Below, piece after piece: positions 1-13,471 of a DNA stretch of 64,000 nucleotides; the first letter of the stretch is position 1; every line of letters begins with the position of its first letter. The position numbers and the translations under genes were made by a program. Source of the stretch: Trichoplax adhaerens (taxonomy: Eukaryota; Animalia; Placozoa); assembly GCF_000150275.1 (NCBI RefSeq), contig NW_002060943.1:2880462-2944461 (forward strand). Direction: 5' to 3'. The notes beneath the pieces are model-generated. The model was not told where the DNA came from, did no database searches, and saw only the letters and a program-made list of their open reading frames with translations.

Positions 1-118
1 ATGAAGAAATCTTTAGGTTAAAAGTACTGTAAGAATCTTATACTGACCTATTGAAATGAACCCATAATCAGAGTCATTTAACAGTAGTATAAATACCCCC
101 GCGCTACTCATATTCAAG
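1..118 (+). repeat. Direct repeat, copy 1 (probably truncated by the window start); contains CCCATAAT (61-68) and TATAAATA (88-95)
   Basis: 1-105 is identical by eye to 2355-2459; similarity continues to ttcaaG and then decays. Confidence 0.9.
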
Positions 119-759
119 AGTGGGATCATTAAATGTTTCGATTACTAGGCTTTATAAGGACTGTAGCTGGTTTTCATTTAGTAAAGAAAATATAGAGGAG
201 TAAAGGTAATACAGTACATGGAAGCTATCCTTTCAGATTAAAATAAAATGCCTAATAACATAATTAGAGAATAGAAGCTCAGAACAGAAATTTGAGCTTC
301 ATCACACCTCTGAATCGAATGGATACTGTCGGACTTCATATTAATTAATGCTATCAAATGTTATATCTTGCTTGATGATTATGAATTATAATTGAATTTC
401 ATAATTAAATTTTTGCGTTCAAATTGAACTTTATTTATTATTATATTGAAATGTAATATATTGGACCTAACACACAGACCGCTCACTGATAACTTCCTAA
501 TCTGAGTAAAAACAATTTTTATTCAATAAAGATATACTGTAATTTCTCTACCATCGGTAACTTACTAAAGAGCTGCCGTTAAGAATAAATGATTCACCAT
601 ATGATATGACAACTTGTCAAGAAGTAAATTGAATATATGCTTGATGTTATTGAGAATATCTTCATCGATAAACAATAATCACGTACAATGTAATATGTAT
701 TATTAAAATATATAATTATTAGGACGTAAGGCAGTTACTCTTATGATTGTTTACAGTAT

Positions 760-1310
760 TGTGATTAAATCCGATCACGAAAATTAGAACTTTACTAGAT
801 CTAATGCAAAGACTAGCTACACACAGCTCTACTCTAGCCAAATACAACTACTCAAAGACTTCTAGAAAGAGCAATCAGATAATCTAATATCTCCTGCTTT
901 TACACTCTCTGTAGTCTTTGCAGTAGCAATCAGTATAGCAGCATTCTACTATATTTACACATATTCAGCTTATTATTACTTACAATATTTTAAAGCGAAC
1001 CATCATTAATTCAATATGGAAATGATTACAGTATTTTCGTGGATACTATTCTTACCATTTAAAGTACAATAAACTAAGCATATCCTAATATATGATTTAA
1101 AATTCTATTTTTACCTCTAACCTTATTAGTAGCTCAATATCTTACTGTATATAATATAGTCATCTATACTCTAGCATAGAGTCTATCCTTACAGTCTATA
1201 ATTATGGGCTACTAAATATGTATCATAAGATGAATGTAGAAAAGACAATACCGTACATCATGCTAAACATGGCTAATAGTCTACAATCACAATATTAAGT
1301 TACCTTTACA
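760..1310 (-). mobile_element. Solo LTR, family A (about 550 bp)
   Basis: Termini TGTGAT...TTTACA; flanked by GTAT/GTAT (756-759, 1311-1314; AGTAT if the shared A is counted). Reverse-complement homolog of 6491-7040 over its whole length (roughly 75-80% identity by eye). No internal gag/pol. Confidence 0.75.
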
Positions 1311-1324
1311 GTATATAAGCTTTT

Positions 1325-1374
1325 NNNNNNNNNNNNNNNNNNNNNNNNNNNNNNNNNNNNNNNNNNNNNNNNNN
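1325..1374. other. Assembly gap (50 N)
   Basis: Run of 50 n. Confidence 1.
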
Positions 1375-1826
1375 GTATTAGTATGTTTACCGAATAAGGA
1401 TGGTTACTATATACAGTATAGAAATCAAAAGTAATTGGGACAGGGGAACTACAGTAGGATAACACTACGAATTGCAAGAGAGCAATAGAACTAATAGTAC
1501 CTACTGATGTGTATCAATCACTTCTACCTTCTCAATAATATTTACATAAATCCTAGAGATCATTCATTTCTATACCAATTCAAATTTCGTTAAGTAACTT
1601 TCATATTAGTAATCGGGACAGGGGAACTACAGTAGGATAACACTACGAATTGTAAGAGAGCAATAGAACTAATAGTACCTACTGATGTGTATCAATCACT
1701 TCTACCTTCTCAATAATATTTACTTAAACCCTACAGATCATTCATTTCTATACCAATTCAAAATTTCGTTAAGTAACTTTCGTATTAGTATGTTTACTGA
1801 ATAAGGATGGTTACTATATACGGTAT
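1375..1826. repeat. Near-identical tandem duplication (about 178-bp unit x2, 1431-1608 and 1609-1787), bracketed by a 44-bp direct repeat (1375-1418 and about 1782-1826)
   Basis: gtaat(t/c)gggacaggggaactacagtagg starts at 1431 and 1609; gtattagtatgtttac(c/t)gaataaggatgg occurs at 1375 and 1782. It abuts the gap, so copy number is uncertain. Confidence 0.9.
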
Positions 1827-2354
1827 TAATGCTATGTTAAGGTTGGTGAGCGAAACTGTCAAATATACGTTTATGGTCAATTTCTTAATAAAATTAACAG
1901 ATAGTATTATCATTCGATATTATACATATCCTAGTAACAGTAATATACTATGCTATATTAAGATTAGTTAATGGTCCAGAGCACATTATGATAACTAATG
2001 TACGGTGATGGACATACCAAGTTAAGATTAGCAGGTACTGTAAGATATCTACAGTGCGGTAGAATGTCCTTCGTACTGTGGTCAATTCTATACCAATCAT
2101 TATAATGTGTCTAAGGATCGCTGTCGTATGCAAGCAAAGCTTGCTCTGTCGATAACAACCGTTATAAGAAAATGTAACAATCAAAATGGCTGTATAGAAA
2201 ACTCTATAAAGATTCTATGTTTATTCAATTTTCATCAGAATATTACATGAAATCAAAATTTAAAGGCCCAGTGGCCACCCTTAGCGATATAACGAATACT
2301 ATTTTAATAATCAGTACTCTGCAGAAATTACTACCTTAGAGCTATTCGTTTTAC

Positions 2355-2471
2355 ATGAAGAAATCTTTAGGTTAAAAGTACTGTAAGAATCTTATACTGA
2401 CCTATTGAAATGAACCCATAATCAGAGTCATTTAACAGTAGTATAAATACCCCCGCGCTGCTCGTTTCAAG
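2355..2471 (+). repeat. Direct repeat, copy 2 of 1-118
   Basis: Identical to 1-105 over 2355-2459, including CCCATAAT and TATAAATA (2442-2449). Confidence 0.9.
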
Positions 2472-5400
2472 GGAGGGTGGGTGTGATTAAGCACGATGGT
2501 ATTACTAATTCAATTTCAAATCGAAATAATTAAATTATTACATCAATTTTATCCAACTTCACCTACCCTATATTTATCATTACTAATGTGATAATAACAT
2601 TATGGTGAAGAATTAAACCGCAACCAATCTTGCAGAATAAAATCCAGTGACAGACAAGTCGAAGGATTATAAGACTATATCTGCTACCGAAGAGGGTAAA
2701 ATTTAAAACTTAGGAACAATCATCATTTAACCACTCAGCTAAGCATCACTTTATTGCCTCAAGGGTATGCATGATACTTGGCGTTCAATATTCAGCTGAA
2801 TGTTAAATAATGATGAAATTATTTTTAATAGTACAGAAATTTTATTTTTACTCTCTCCATTTCATAATATTATTATATTTACTATATAACGCATGGTCGT
2901 TGTGTCTTAATTATTGTAACTGATGAATACCAAAACTTTAATAATTCTATCTTACTACTGTGATATCTAGATAGAGCAAAAGCCCAACGTATGATTAGAA
3001 GAGAAATCTAACTATAATATGAGTTGAATTACAGCAAAATTAAATTAGCTTTCTTTAGTATTAAAACGATCCAGAACGTTGTATTTTTTTTAGAAATAAA
3101 GATGCAAATAGAATATGCTATAATAATCTTTAAAATAGTTTAATAGCATTTAAATATAATCCGGTTTTTAAAACTGGTTTAAGTTTGACATACCTATCAT
3201 TTAATAACCATATCAGGATTATAGAATAATGTCTTATAATTATCCGATGGCTATGGAAAATGATGTATATGATGATTCTATCAGAAATCTAACTAATACA
3301 AGAATACATGAATTTAGTAACACAGAGTTAAGCATAACCTAATGAATAATTTAGAGGCAAGTTGTGCTTATTCTTGAGACTATTTTACTTTTATCGAACC
3401 GATTTTACGATGATTGATATTCATCAATAATATCAGATGTCTTATTGCTATTAAAGAGCTCTTTGACATAATTTCGCATCACCGCATTATAAATAGTGAA
3501 TATCGGCGGTAGTGTACCACATTCTAACATTTAATTTGCATTTCGTTTCCTATTGCAGATGATTGATTTAAATTCATTCAATTAATGTTTATAAGAATTG
3601 ATTTTTTATTCTTAACGGAAATCGTAACAAAATTAAGTTTTGACATCTATGTGCTGTTTTATTTCCAGGACTTTTCTTAAATTTTGCGTTGGAGCAATCG
3701 TTAATCATTGGACCGTGGCGTCTAGAAATGACATTGATGTCTTCGTGACGTAACAAAATAAATGGCGTGAATTTTTAATTATTTGTGTGCTATAAAATGT
3801 TATTCAAAGCAAATTCAGGCATTGAATCTTCCCATATTAATTTTTAATTATAAATCTATAATAGCCTTCCCATTCCTTATTCCTTTCAATGATAATGTAG
3901 CATTGAATTTACAGTATACAGCTGGAATTATAATTATATTTTTACGGATTATGTTAATAGAAATGGTCTAAAATTTATATGCTATCAATAATTAAACATT
4001 TATTCCTCCCCTAGTTTTCTTATATAAAAGATTGAGATATGTGGTTATGAAGAAAAATAATTGAGTTTGTTTCATCTCTCCTAGTAAGATACTGAATGTA
4101 CGATAATTAATAGCCGATAATTTAAGTAACCGTAAAATACCTAAAAGGGCAAATTTTTTTTAAGTGAGATATCATTAGAAATTGTAATTACCCAAACTCT
4201 ATCCTACAAAATCATCGAGTTATACTAAGCTTCAATAATGATGCTAACATGATGTTTAATTTATGTTCGAGAATAGAGATCCGTATGAATACACAGAGTA
4301 TACTGTATCTGCTGTAAGCCACGCAATATTACATATATAGTGTTGAATTCCAATTTAAATCTTGAAAGCCCGTGTTTAAATCCTTATATCGCTCTATAAA
4401 TAGCTTGTATATATCCTGCTCATTGGGTAATATGGCTCTTAATTTTACTACAAGATCGAATTTTTTATTAAATGTATTCTTTGTAATGATAATTACCTAA
4501 TATCTAATAATGTTCGTTTATTCGACTATCTAGGCTTTAAACTATGAATAATCTAATAAATAGGACACGCCAGCTATTACATCTTTCTATATACCGATTT
4601 AAATGGATTTTACTTGATTTGCAGCTTTAAAGGTAAAAATTTGTTGTAGAACAAGCGATATAAATAATACCTTATCCACTGGATTATTAAGAAATACCGA
4701 GTAATTTACATGTTGCTGCTCTCTCTATATGGTATTTATACTGCTTTTCACCTTAATCTGTAATATATTGTGCTTGCTCAGTTTGCCCAAAGGCGTTACT
4801 ATGCTGTTTTCGATAAAGGTTATCGGACGATATAATCCTTGCTAATTATTCATGCAAGGTTGATTATGTAAATAATTGACAGTATTTTAAGTTAGTACAG
4901 GGCAATCGTTGTTGCATCTGTTAATGGTAGTTATAGTGAATGATGAGATTGTAACGAATTGTATACCTGAACAGTAGATAAATGATTCAATTTTAATCAT
5001 CTTTGCAAATATATATCCCAACTCAATAAAAATGATGTATATCTTAAATATTAATCCTGCTTGAGCTATTAAATGCTTAAATGATCAAACTTGCGAATTT
5101 ATTAGTCTCATGTACATCGAAATTGAAGTTGCCAATACAATCATTTCTTATCAAGCAACAGTTGTAATACTACGTTAGGGAGCTTTACAATTTACAAATG
5201 ATGGATGGTCGTTAACGAATCCAAAGTAGAATAAGCACCTTTCTATAATAGCTCTTTCAGTACTGGATACCGTAGTTTCACTATGTTTATTAAATTAAAT
5301 TTTAAGATTTATATATGTACTTTGGTAAATATTTGATCATCAACATATACCAGTAATGCTTAAAATTCAGTTACATATTTGAAAATATTTTCTTAATGAT

Positions 5401-5578
5401 ACCGGAAGTACAGTAAATTACAGAAATACGCAATGTCGTTATTGCTGAAAGAAGATTTTCTGCCTATTCCATATGCTACCGTTCCTTCTAGTATGCGCGA
5501 TTTCACTTCTTTTATTCCTATTATCTCTACTTTTGTGTATAGATAAAGAGTAAACACTCCATTTCCAATCTATTGTAG

Positions 5579-5750
5579 ATGAAAAGGATAAAATTTCTGG
5601 AGTAAGCAAACATTAAAGTATTCTAATGGAATTAGCTAAAATTGTAAAGAGTCAGTTAAAACTCTAAGAAATGGTTATCTAGATCAAATACTTAACGAAC
5701 TAATAATCAATAATGGTATTAAATTAGTCGATAAATCAATACTAGAAGAG
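5579..5750 (+). pseudogene. Decayed exon with a CARD-like helical pattern
   Basis: Bounded by ttgtag| and |gtaaag. Reads DEKDKISGVSKH*SILMELAKIVKSQL, then after a frameshift KTLRNGYLDQILNELIINNGIKLVDKSILEE, which resembles CARD helices 1-3 (LDxILxxLxxxxxIxxxD). Confidence 0.25.
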
Positions 5751-6490
5751 GTAAAGGCATTTGATTTGTAAATATGAGGATATCTATTCGCAATATTTTT
5801 CTCATAGGCTAGATACTTTTTATATCATAATAACAACATTGCATTACAGTCCTAAGTTATTAAATTAAAATGCTGAAACTCACCTTTAAACAATACAGAA
5901 ATTTATTACAAGATATTTATCCATTTCAATGCAGTCATTTTTCTCTTCAATCAACTGGAATTGCAGTTTATTAACCAATTGTTCAATTTAATAACTTCCT
6001 TATTGAAGTGATAGATCTGCTATTCAGCATCGAATATTTATTTTATAGAGTAGGATAAAGTATCAATGCGGAAGAAAATTTCAATACTTTAAACCAGTCA
6101 GGCTATAACCTTTATTTTTCAACCGACAGCGGTTAATTGGGATACATACTACGCTGTTTTTTTTTCTATCTATATTTCAAATCCTTTTTAAACTTTAGTT
6201 AATTAGCAAAATTTCTGGTGGAATTTCTCTCGTCTACAAAACAGTTCTTTCCTTTCTGTCACCGTATCAGGACTTACCGTTTATTTTCGGTTTTCGTAAA
6301 CGATCATAATATAGAACCTCCTAAGCTAATCTTTTCCTTTCCCATAACCGACAAACTAATTTAAGAATTCCTTTATCGGTATGCGTATATCTGGCGCATT
6401 AAGTCGATCTATTGATCACAGTTTAGAATACTAAAGAATCTTAGGGATATGCTCATCTTTAGCTTTACGTTAAGTACGGTACTAAATTCC

Positions 6491-7040
6491 TGTAATGTAA
6501 CTAGTATTGTGATAGTAGACTGTTAGCCATGTTTAGTATAATGTACGGTAGATATTTATCCTAAGAGATATTTGGTAGCCATAACTATAGACTGTAGTGG
6601 TATAGACTCTATGCTAGAGTATAGATGACTATATACAGTAAGGTGCTGAGTTACTAATAAGGTTATAGGTAAAAATAGAACTGTAAATCATATATTAGGA
6701 TATGGTTAATTCATTGTACTTTGGCTGGTGTGAATAATGTCTACGTAAGTACTGTAGTCGTATCCATATTGGATTAATGATGGTCCGCAGTAGAATTGTG
6801 TTACTAAGAATAATTTACTATTTATAAAATAAGGTAAAAGGTTGCCATGCGGATTGTAGCTGCGAATGCTACGAAATGTATAAAAGCATGCAACTTTAGA
6901 TTATTCTGTTAGTTCGTTCTAGAAGTCTTTAGTAGTAGTATTCGGCTAGAGTAGAACTGTGTGTAGTTAATCTTTGTATAAGATTGAATAAAGCCCTTAT
7001 TTTTCTAAAGTTTGGAATTTCGTGATTGGTATATATCACA
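6491..7040 (+). mobile_element. Solo LTR, family A (550 bp)
   Basis: Termini TGTAAT...ATCACA; perfect 5-bp TSD ATTCC (6486-6490 and 7041-7045); internal TATAAAA (6879) followed by AATAAA (6987); inverted homolog of 760-1310. Confidence 0.85.
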
Positions 7041-8382
7041 ATTCCGTAAATAACTTTATTATACAAAGTGACGAGAGCATATACTTTTCCATAATGGCTA
7101 GAAGTCATAATTAGTATCAGTAGTGCCTAAAAAATCGAGTAGTAAATTTATACGTAAATGCTTAATTAATGTGGTAATATTTAGGGACATACATAGTTAT
7201 TCGAGAACTAATACAATGATAGTTAGATATATATTACAGCATAAGACATGCAAAGTATGAAATATCTAAAAGTCTAAATAAAGCTGTGCCACTAAAATAT
7301 CGCTAACTCCTCTGCGATGTGATATCACCGTAACACCTTCTTAGAAGAAGTTTATAAGGATGCCGTTAACAGTTTATGGGCTAACATTTCTTCTAATTAC
7401 GCATAGATGCTGTAGGTTTTGCACGTGGTAGATCATGGTTACGCAGCGTTATCTGAAAATAACTCTCGTAAATGATATATGCAGCAGTGCTTGTTGTGAA
7501 GACAGCGACTGATCAAAATTTTCTAAATTCTCGTTCTAATTATGGTTCTCCATTTACTGTATGACGCTCATTTCACAATAGATGAAAATACTAGAAAATT
7601 AAAAATTGTAAATTATAAATAATAAAAGAATTTTAATAACTCATAATAAACAAATACCTGGTAGTTAAAGATCAGATGATCTAAGTGATTCGGTTTAGAC
7701 CGTCGGCAACAATACCCTACTTTAATATTAATTCCTACTATAATTATATTTATACAGTAGAATATTATTCGTATTGTTAGTGATTAGTAAGTTAATATAT
7801 AATCATTAGTAATGTTTTCTGAATTTATGACATGTACTTGAGTCAAAAGAATGATTATATTATTTATTTCGCTTAAGGATCTCTATCGAATAAATAAGGT
7901 TTTCATTCGCTAATTTCCTATGACTTTTTTCTTGTAAAGCAATAATAAAGAGACAAATAGAGACTTATTAGTTTGATATATTGAATTTAAATACACTTTA
8001 TTCAACCACACTATACACGAGATTAGCGATAGAATTGAAGAATGATTAGTTTAATACCATAGATCTACATCAATCTTCGCAATATACGACAGATGTATTT
8101 TAAAGTCACATTTCTTGGTATACAACTAGCGTTAGCTATAACAACGGAGTTACAAATTGTTTAAAGATAGACATTGTACATGTAATTAATAGAAGACAGC
8201 GTAACTGTTGCCCGAAAGATTTAGAATTAATTAAGTTAGTACGATTACATAGGATACGAAAGGCAGCAATATGAGATAGAACTAAATTGATTGCCTAAAC
8301 TTTACCCTCAATAGTGGTCATCGACCAATTTAATTTCATGACGAATTCGAAGCTATTTGTTTATGTGAAATGGAGCTGAATT

Positions 8383-8634
8383 TTAGCACTGAAATTGCTC
8401 GGGGACACAGAAACCGATCGGATTAGGTGGAATACATGAGCCTGGGGAAAACCAACATTCGTCTTTGCCGCAGCAATCATTGTCATCTTTGCAGATCAAT
8501 GTACCACATCCTCTAGTAACTTTATTACTGTACCATTCATCAAGTCTTCTTCTTAATGGTAAATCCCTGGCTTCAGCAGTTGTTATAACCAAGATGGCTA
8601 CCATCGCAATCATAAGCAGTAAAGAGACCCTCAT
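8383..8634 (-). CDS. Secreted cysteine-rich (knottin/conotoxin-like, C-C-CC-C-C-C-C) peptide precursor 1, 83 aa
   Basis: ATG at 8634 (the ORF track's TTG start crosses a 5'UTR intron, 8667-8760, GTAAGC...TTGCTAG). Signal peptide ending AEA, RRR basic site, DEWY spacer, 42-aa 8-Cys domain ending PEQFQC*. Clear paralog at 22342. TATA box upstream and AATAAA at 8002-7997. Confidence 0.92.
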   Translation of the reverse strand: MRVSLLLMIAMVAILVITTAEARDLPLRRRLDEWYSNKVTRGCGTLICKDDNDCCGKDECWFSPGSCIPPNPIGFCVPEQFQC

Positions 8635-8795
8635 TTTTCCTTGTAGAAATGATGTTAAATCTTGTCCTAGCAATAATTATATAAAAAGTGAACACTAAAA
8701 TCAATATTAAGGTAATTGAAAATAGTGCAACAAGAAAGTATCCTATAATTATTAGCTTACTTAATAGAATTTTAGTGCAGCCTAGTTTGAAACAG

Positions 8796-8837
8796 GAATG
8801 ATGATGTTATTAATGCGATAATCAGTTCCTATTTATA
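8796..8837 (-). promoter_or_regulatory. TATA box (TATAAATA, 8837-8830) and Inr-like TCATTC of peptide gene 1
   Basis: Canonical TATA about 30-35 nt upstream of CATCATCATTC, which begins a short non-coding exon ending at a GTAAGC donor (8760). Confidence 0.65.
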
Positions 8838-11800
8838 CCATCGCCATCATGGCTTAAGCAAATTAACAACGATGATTGACATTGGCCGTACAATGGATAA
8901 ACAAGCCATGCCATCAACACATCTTTACAATTATCGTAAATAGAATAACTCGCTGGCAATCTCCTTCCTTAATGAGCAGGCGTGATTTAGATATTGTGCT
9001 GAATAATTAATTATCGTGATACCACGTAAGAATGTTAGAATTTATAAGTTTCACTTTTAACACAGTCAATATCTGACCAGATTTAGGGTTAAAATTAGTT
9101 CTATTTTCACGTTATCAATAAATCTTATTTGGTTATGATCTAGCTACGAAAGTGATGTTTACACTATGACCGCATATAATTTATATCTCAGCCTATCTTA
9201 ATTATCAATACCAATATTAGATAGATAATGATGCATGTCTGCAATGCATAGATGTTGGCTGGTATTAATAAAATGAATTTAAAAATAGTTTCTGTAATAA
9301 TATTTCATAGAAACATCATCAATAGCTTGTTTGCTAGTAAAAAATGAATAAGAAATTTATTTTTAGGGGTATCTACAGCTGATAAACTACATTAAATTTT
9401 CATAGTATACAAGCGTCATCATATTTAAGCTAAGTATTATTCTAATAACTTTAATAGAGATTAAAAATTTATCTTATACAATAAATGGACATCAATCAAA
9501 TAATGATGAAAGGTATTAAAAAAATTAAGCTACTTATAGAAATAGCCTACTTGAATACACTTTCCATAAATATATTTATAATTTCTATTGTAAGTTGAAG
9601 ACATTTAAAGCTGAATAGCTTAGGACAATATAACGTATAGGTAACGTTTATAGCATTATATGTGACTATTCAAAGTAATGATTATTTTAAATTATGGGGT
9701 GCTTATATACATAATATCGAGAATCAAGATGTTTTTGATTCAGTCAGTAGACATGAAGATATTAATGTAATATTGCCTACGTCAATCGTGGATTTAATAA
9801 AGAATTAAAATTTCCGGGAAATTTATTCCTCCTAGGGTTGAATATTAACGTAGCTTAAACCCTTTTGTCCTTTTATCAGATATAAATCAAATTAAATAAG
9901 ATAAATTCACTATGATTATTGTATTAAGACGTTTCATTTTAGTTAGTGGTTAATTACCTGTATTGTAAATCAGGATTATTAATAGTATTCTTCAATATCG
10001 TTTAAGACGGCAAGGCCATTGGAATATACAAAATTATGTAGTAGCTAAATTGTATACTAATAATAAAAGGCATAGATAATAAGGCTGTATTGACAAAGTA
10101 TTGATTATATTATCAGCTAATTGAATGCAAAGTTTAACTGAAAGATATATTTATCTATGTATTGACTCTTTGTAAATCGCATTGTAATAGGGCTAATGTA
10201 GATTTATTCTTCCTTAAGATATTATTTAAGATTTAATAAACCTGTAATGATCCTTTCAAAATATTCAGGCAAAAATGAATGCATACCTTCCATTCTAAAT
10301 ATTAATATCTATCTATTTCGTGACTGAAAATAATGGATAAATTTGGACGGGAAAGTCTGGGACAAAATCAAACATAAATTCGATTGAATGTTAGTATTCT
10401 AATCCATATCTGTTCGTTTTGTAATATTAATTTAAGTTCATTTATATAATGATTCTTCGAATATATTCATGTAGAGAATCAAAATATTGTATCCTGTACC
10501 AATTGTTGCTATAGAATGTAATACCTTGAAACAAAATTGATGTTTATTATATACTTTGAAATAGTAGTCGCTCATCTGACATCGACTCAGTCCAATTATT
10601 TACGCTTAGTTTTGACATCTCTAACTATTTTATATCTGTTAATTAGATTGATAGCTTAGATTAACAATCTTTTAAAATCTATGATTATGATAACAGTAGA
10701 AGTTAAATAATTACATAGATAAACTTTTACATTGTTTTGAAAACGACCTAGAAGCTGAGCTTGGAAACTTTTTAGAATTATTCATACTACTAGTAGATTT
10801 ATTTCGATCTTTGACTACTTAGATGATGCTCTTTGATAGTGAAAAATTATTGTAAAGCATTGCAATGATAATAGAAATTTCGCTACAATAAAGCTATGAA
10901 AATTCTCATCTACTAGATGCTAGTGAAATATCGATTCATTCGCAGTAAATTTGGGTTAATAATTTGCAATTAATTGGTGAAAATTTACAAGTGTGGTTAT
11001 GACAACGTAAGGAGTTGAATATAAGTGACAAATTTCAATTTCTATTTTACCTATAGGTAAATTCTTGTCACGTTATAAATGTCACATCTTTATAGCATTG
11101 CTTAAAATTACATCATATTAGATAGATTACCAATTGTCTTATACTAAATATCAGATGTAAATCCTATAAGATTAATCTATTTTAACGTCCTTTATATTAC
11201 AATACCTTAAAAAATACATATACTGCAAAAAGATAAAGCTCAAGTAGTAACAAAAACGAGCCAGAGTCAACTTGACCTCACGGAATTTCCCTGTAAACTA
11301 CTTGTTATACATTCAGTGAATGTCAGCAATGCTCTACCTAACTGCAATTGATCTATTGCATTTATAAGCATATTTTAGCTTTCTTTACCATAATTTAATG
11401 ATATAATTACCTGATTTTTATACCTTAATTAGCGATAATTTTCTATGACGTCAAAAACCTGAATGTAAGCATATTGGCATGGTTCACATCCGTTCTTACG
11501 TATTTCAGGCAAGTTCGACATTTTGCTATATGCATCATTTAATTGTAATTCATCAGTGAACTGACTGTAATTTTTTAGACTACTATATACAAAAGGACCG
11601 AAAAATTTAAAATTATTTTTAATCCCAAAATAGCACTAAAAATAACAAAAAGCTTATATACTATAAACAATGAGTACTTCCATAGTAAACTTGTTTGATG
11701 AATCTTGTCAGAATTACCGGATAATAATGAAAGGTATTTGTTCAACCTGTCAAGTGCTTAAATGGATTTCTGCGTGTTATACGAATGTATAATGCTTTCT

Positions 11801-13471
11801 GTTATGCAATGGTCTATTGATCATAGTTTGAGGCTAAGTATATAAGATGTGATACGAACAATAGATAAACTGTCAACTTGAAATAGATTATAGATGGTAG
11901 GTTGGATACACTACTACTAATAATTATTTATTGGATAAGATCTGCTTGATTCGAGGATATCATATTTCCTGACTAATATATTTCATTACGTGCATCGATA
12001 TACCATCGTAAAATAGAAACTGAAATGATTATCTCTCCTTGAGATAATTTCATTTTATCATTTTACAGATGTGACTGCCTTTACCCTGGAAGACAAAGTA
12101 TTTACCCCTAAGTTAATAATATTACACACTAATCGCCCAAAGAAAGCCTTTAGAAATAGATAGGATAGTGATGGTCTAAATAACATTACTGCATCAAATA
12201 TCCATTTATTACCAATAGTAAAAACTGTTTAAACTTATACTGTAAACTCATACTACGCAAATAAAGATGGTGTAATAGATTCCATAAACCATAGCATTTA
12301 GTTATCATGAATAAAACTTAAAAAAAAGAAATGGGGATTTATGCCGATAATTTTATTTTTAGTAACTCTAACTCGGTATTTCGATATTGCACATCGAATC
12401 ATGTTTTAATTTAATATTAACCTTGTTGAATACCATAATTAAACTATGTGTGTGAATTTCTTTAACTGTGCAACCCAAGCAATTCCTGTCTAGCAGATTT
12501 AGGAACATTTGACATGTGACACAGTTTCTTATAAAGGAGAATCTTCCTACGATATAGGTCTGTAATTAGTGACAAACAATATTGATCGGCCAATTTTAAT
12601 CTTCACCTACACCAATAATTATCAGTTGATTTTATGAGGCCAGTGAAATTTATAGTTTAAAATTAAAAAAAGTTGAAAAATTGGTTAGGAAAGTAATTGA
12701 AGGTTGAAAAAGAATTGGCTCGTTTTGAAATTGACTATAATTCCTATTACAGGAAGTATCATCAAGTTGATTGGTAATGTGTCTATATAAGCAGTAGTAT
12801 TTTTCAGCTCTAAGAGCTAGAAGTCTTTTCATTCTTGGATGGAAAACAGATGTATTTATGCCAGGTTGTAGTACAGCGTGAATATTCGTAAAGTAACTGA
12901 AAAGCTATACCACCTTATATAGAGTAATCTATCTATTTATAAACTTCTAACAAATTGTTTTACATTTTTCTTCCTGCTCTAGTAATGGTGACGATTGTGT
13001 AGTAGTAATCCTAAATGTATTCATGGTATTATTAATACGTAATGTTACTACCATTTTAACATATAGCACTATAGCCTAATATGTATTTAGAGAATGTGCA
13101 TTCTTTATACAGCAATGAGTTGGATATTACTGCTCCTTATGTTTCACTAGTTCAATAAATTTGTGCCCATACATAATAATAGTATCAAGGTAGAGAAACT
13201 TGTTTTGCAGACTATAAGGAGTAGCATACGTAAATGCATAATCACCTTCTAGTTCATCATTAAATAATTTATTACATTATCCAATTTTTTTAAAGTTTCA
13301 AATATATATAGAGCTCTGATGACTGCTACAAATTTGTACTGGCTATTACATTTGCTGCCGATTTATGCGTACACTATCTACTAATATCTTTTCGATGACG
13401 TTGACGTCAATAATTAAGAAAAACTAATTAACTTGGCATAAATTCTCACAGTTCTTTCGTTGATATAGTAG

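Noticed and set aside
2260-2280. TTAA-AGG end of a Kolobok/T2-type MITE (also ttaaaggtacag near 19087)
   Set aside because: No matching opposite terminus was found in the window.
4785-4835. RRYYAVFDKG resembling an aspartic protease C-terminal motif
   Set aside because: An isolated 10-residue match with no DTG motif or other supporting exons.
8635-8673. N-terminal extension MLGQDLTSFLQGK in the ORF track
   Set aside because: It starts at a TTG inside a predicted 5'UTR intron; the ATG at 8634 gives a proper signal peptide matching the paralog's layout.
9039-9090. Shared upstream element between the peptide genes (versus 21432-21511)
   Set aside because: Only short gapped matches (ctgg(t)tcagat, ttgactgt) in AT-rich DNA; not distinguishable from chance by eye.
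10330-10835. NB-ARC Walker A/B-like fragments (GRESLGQNQT, ISIFDYLDD)
   Set aside because: Too short and degenerate, with no continuous frame.
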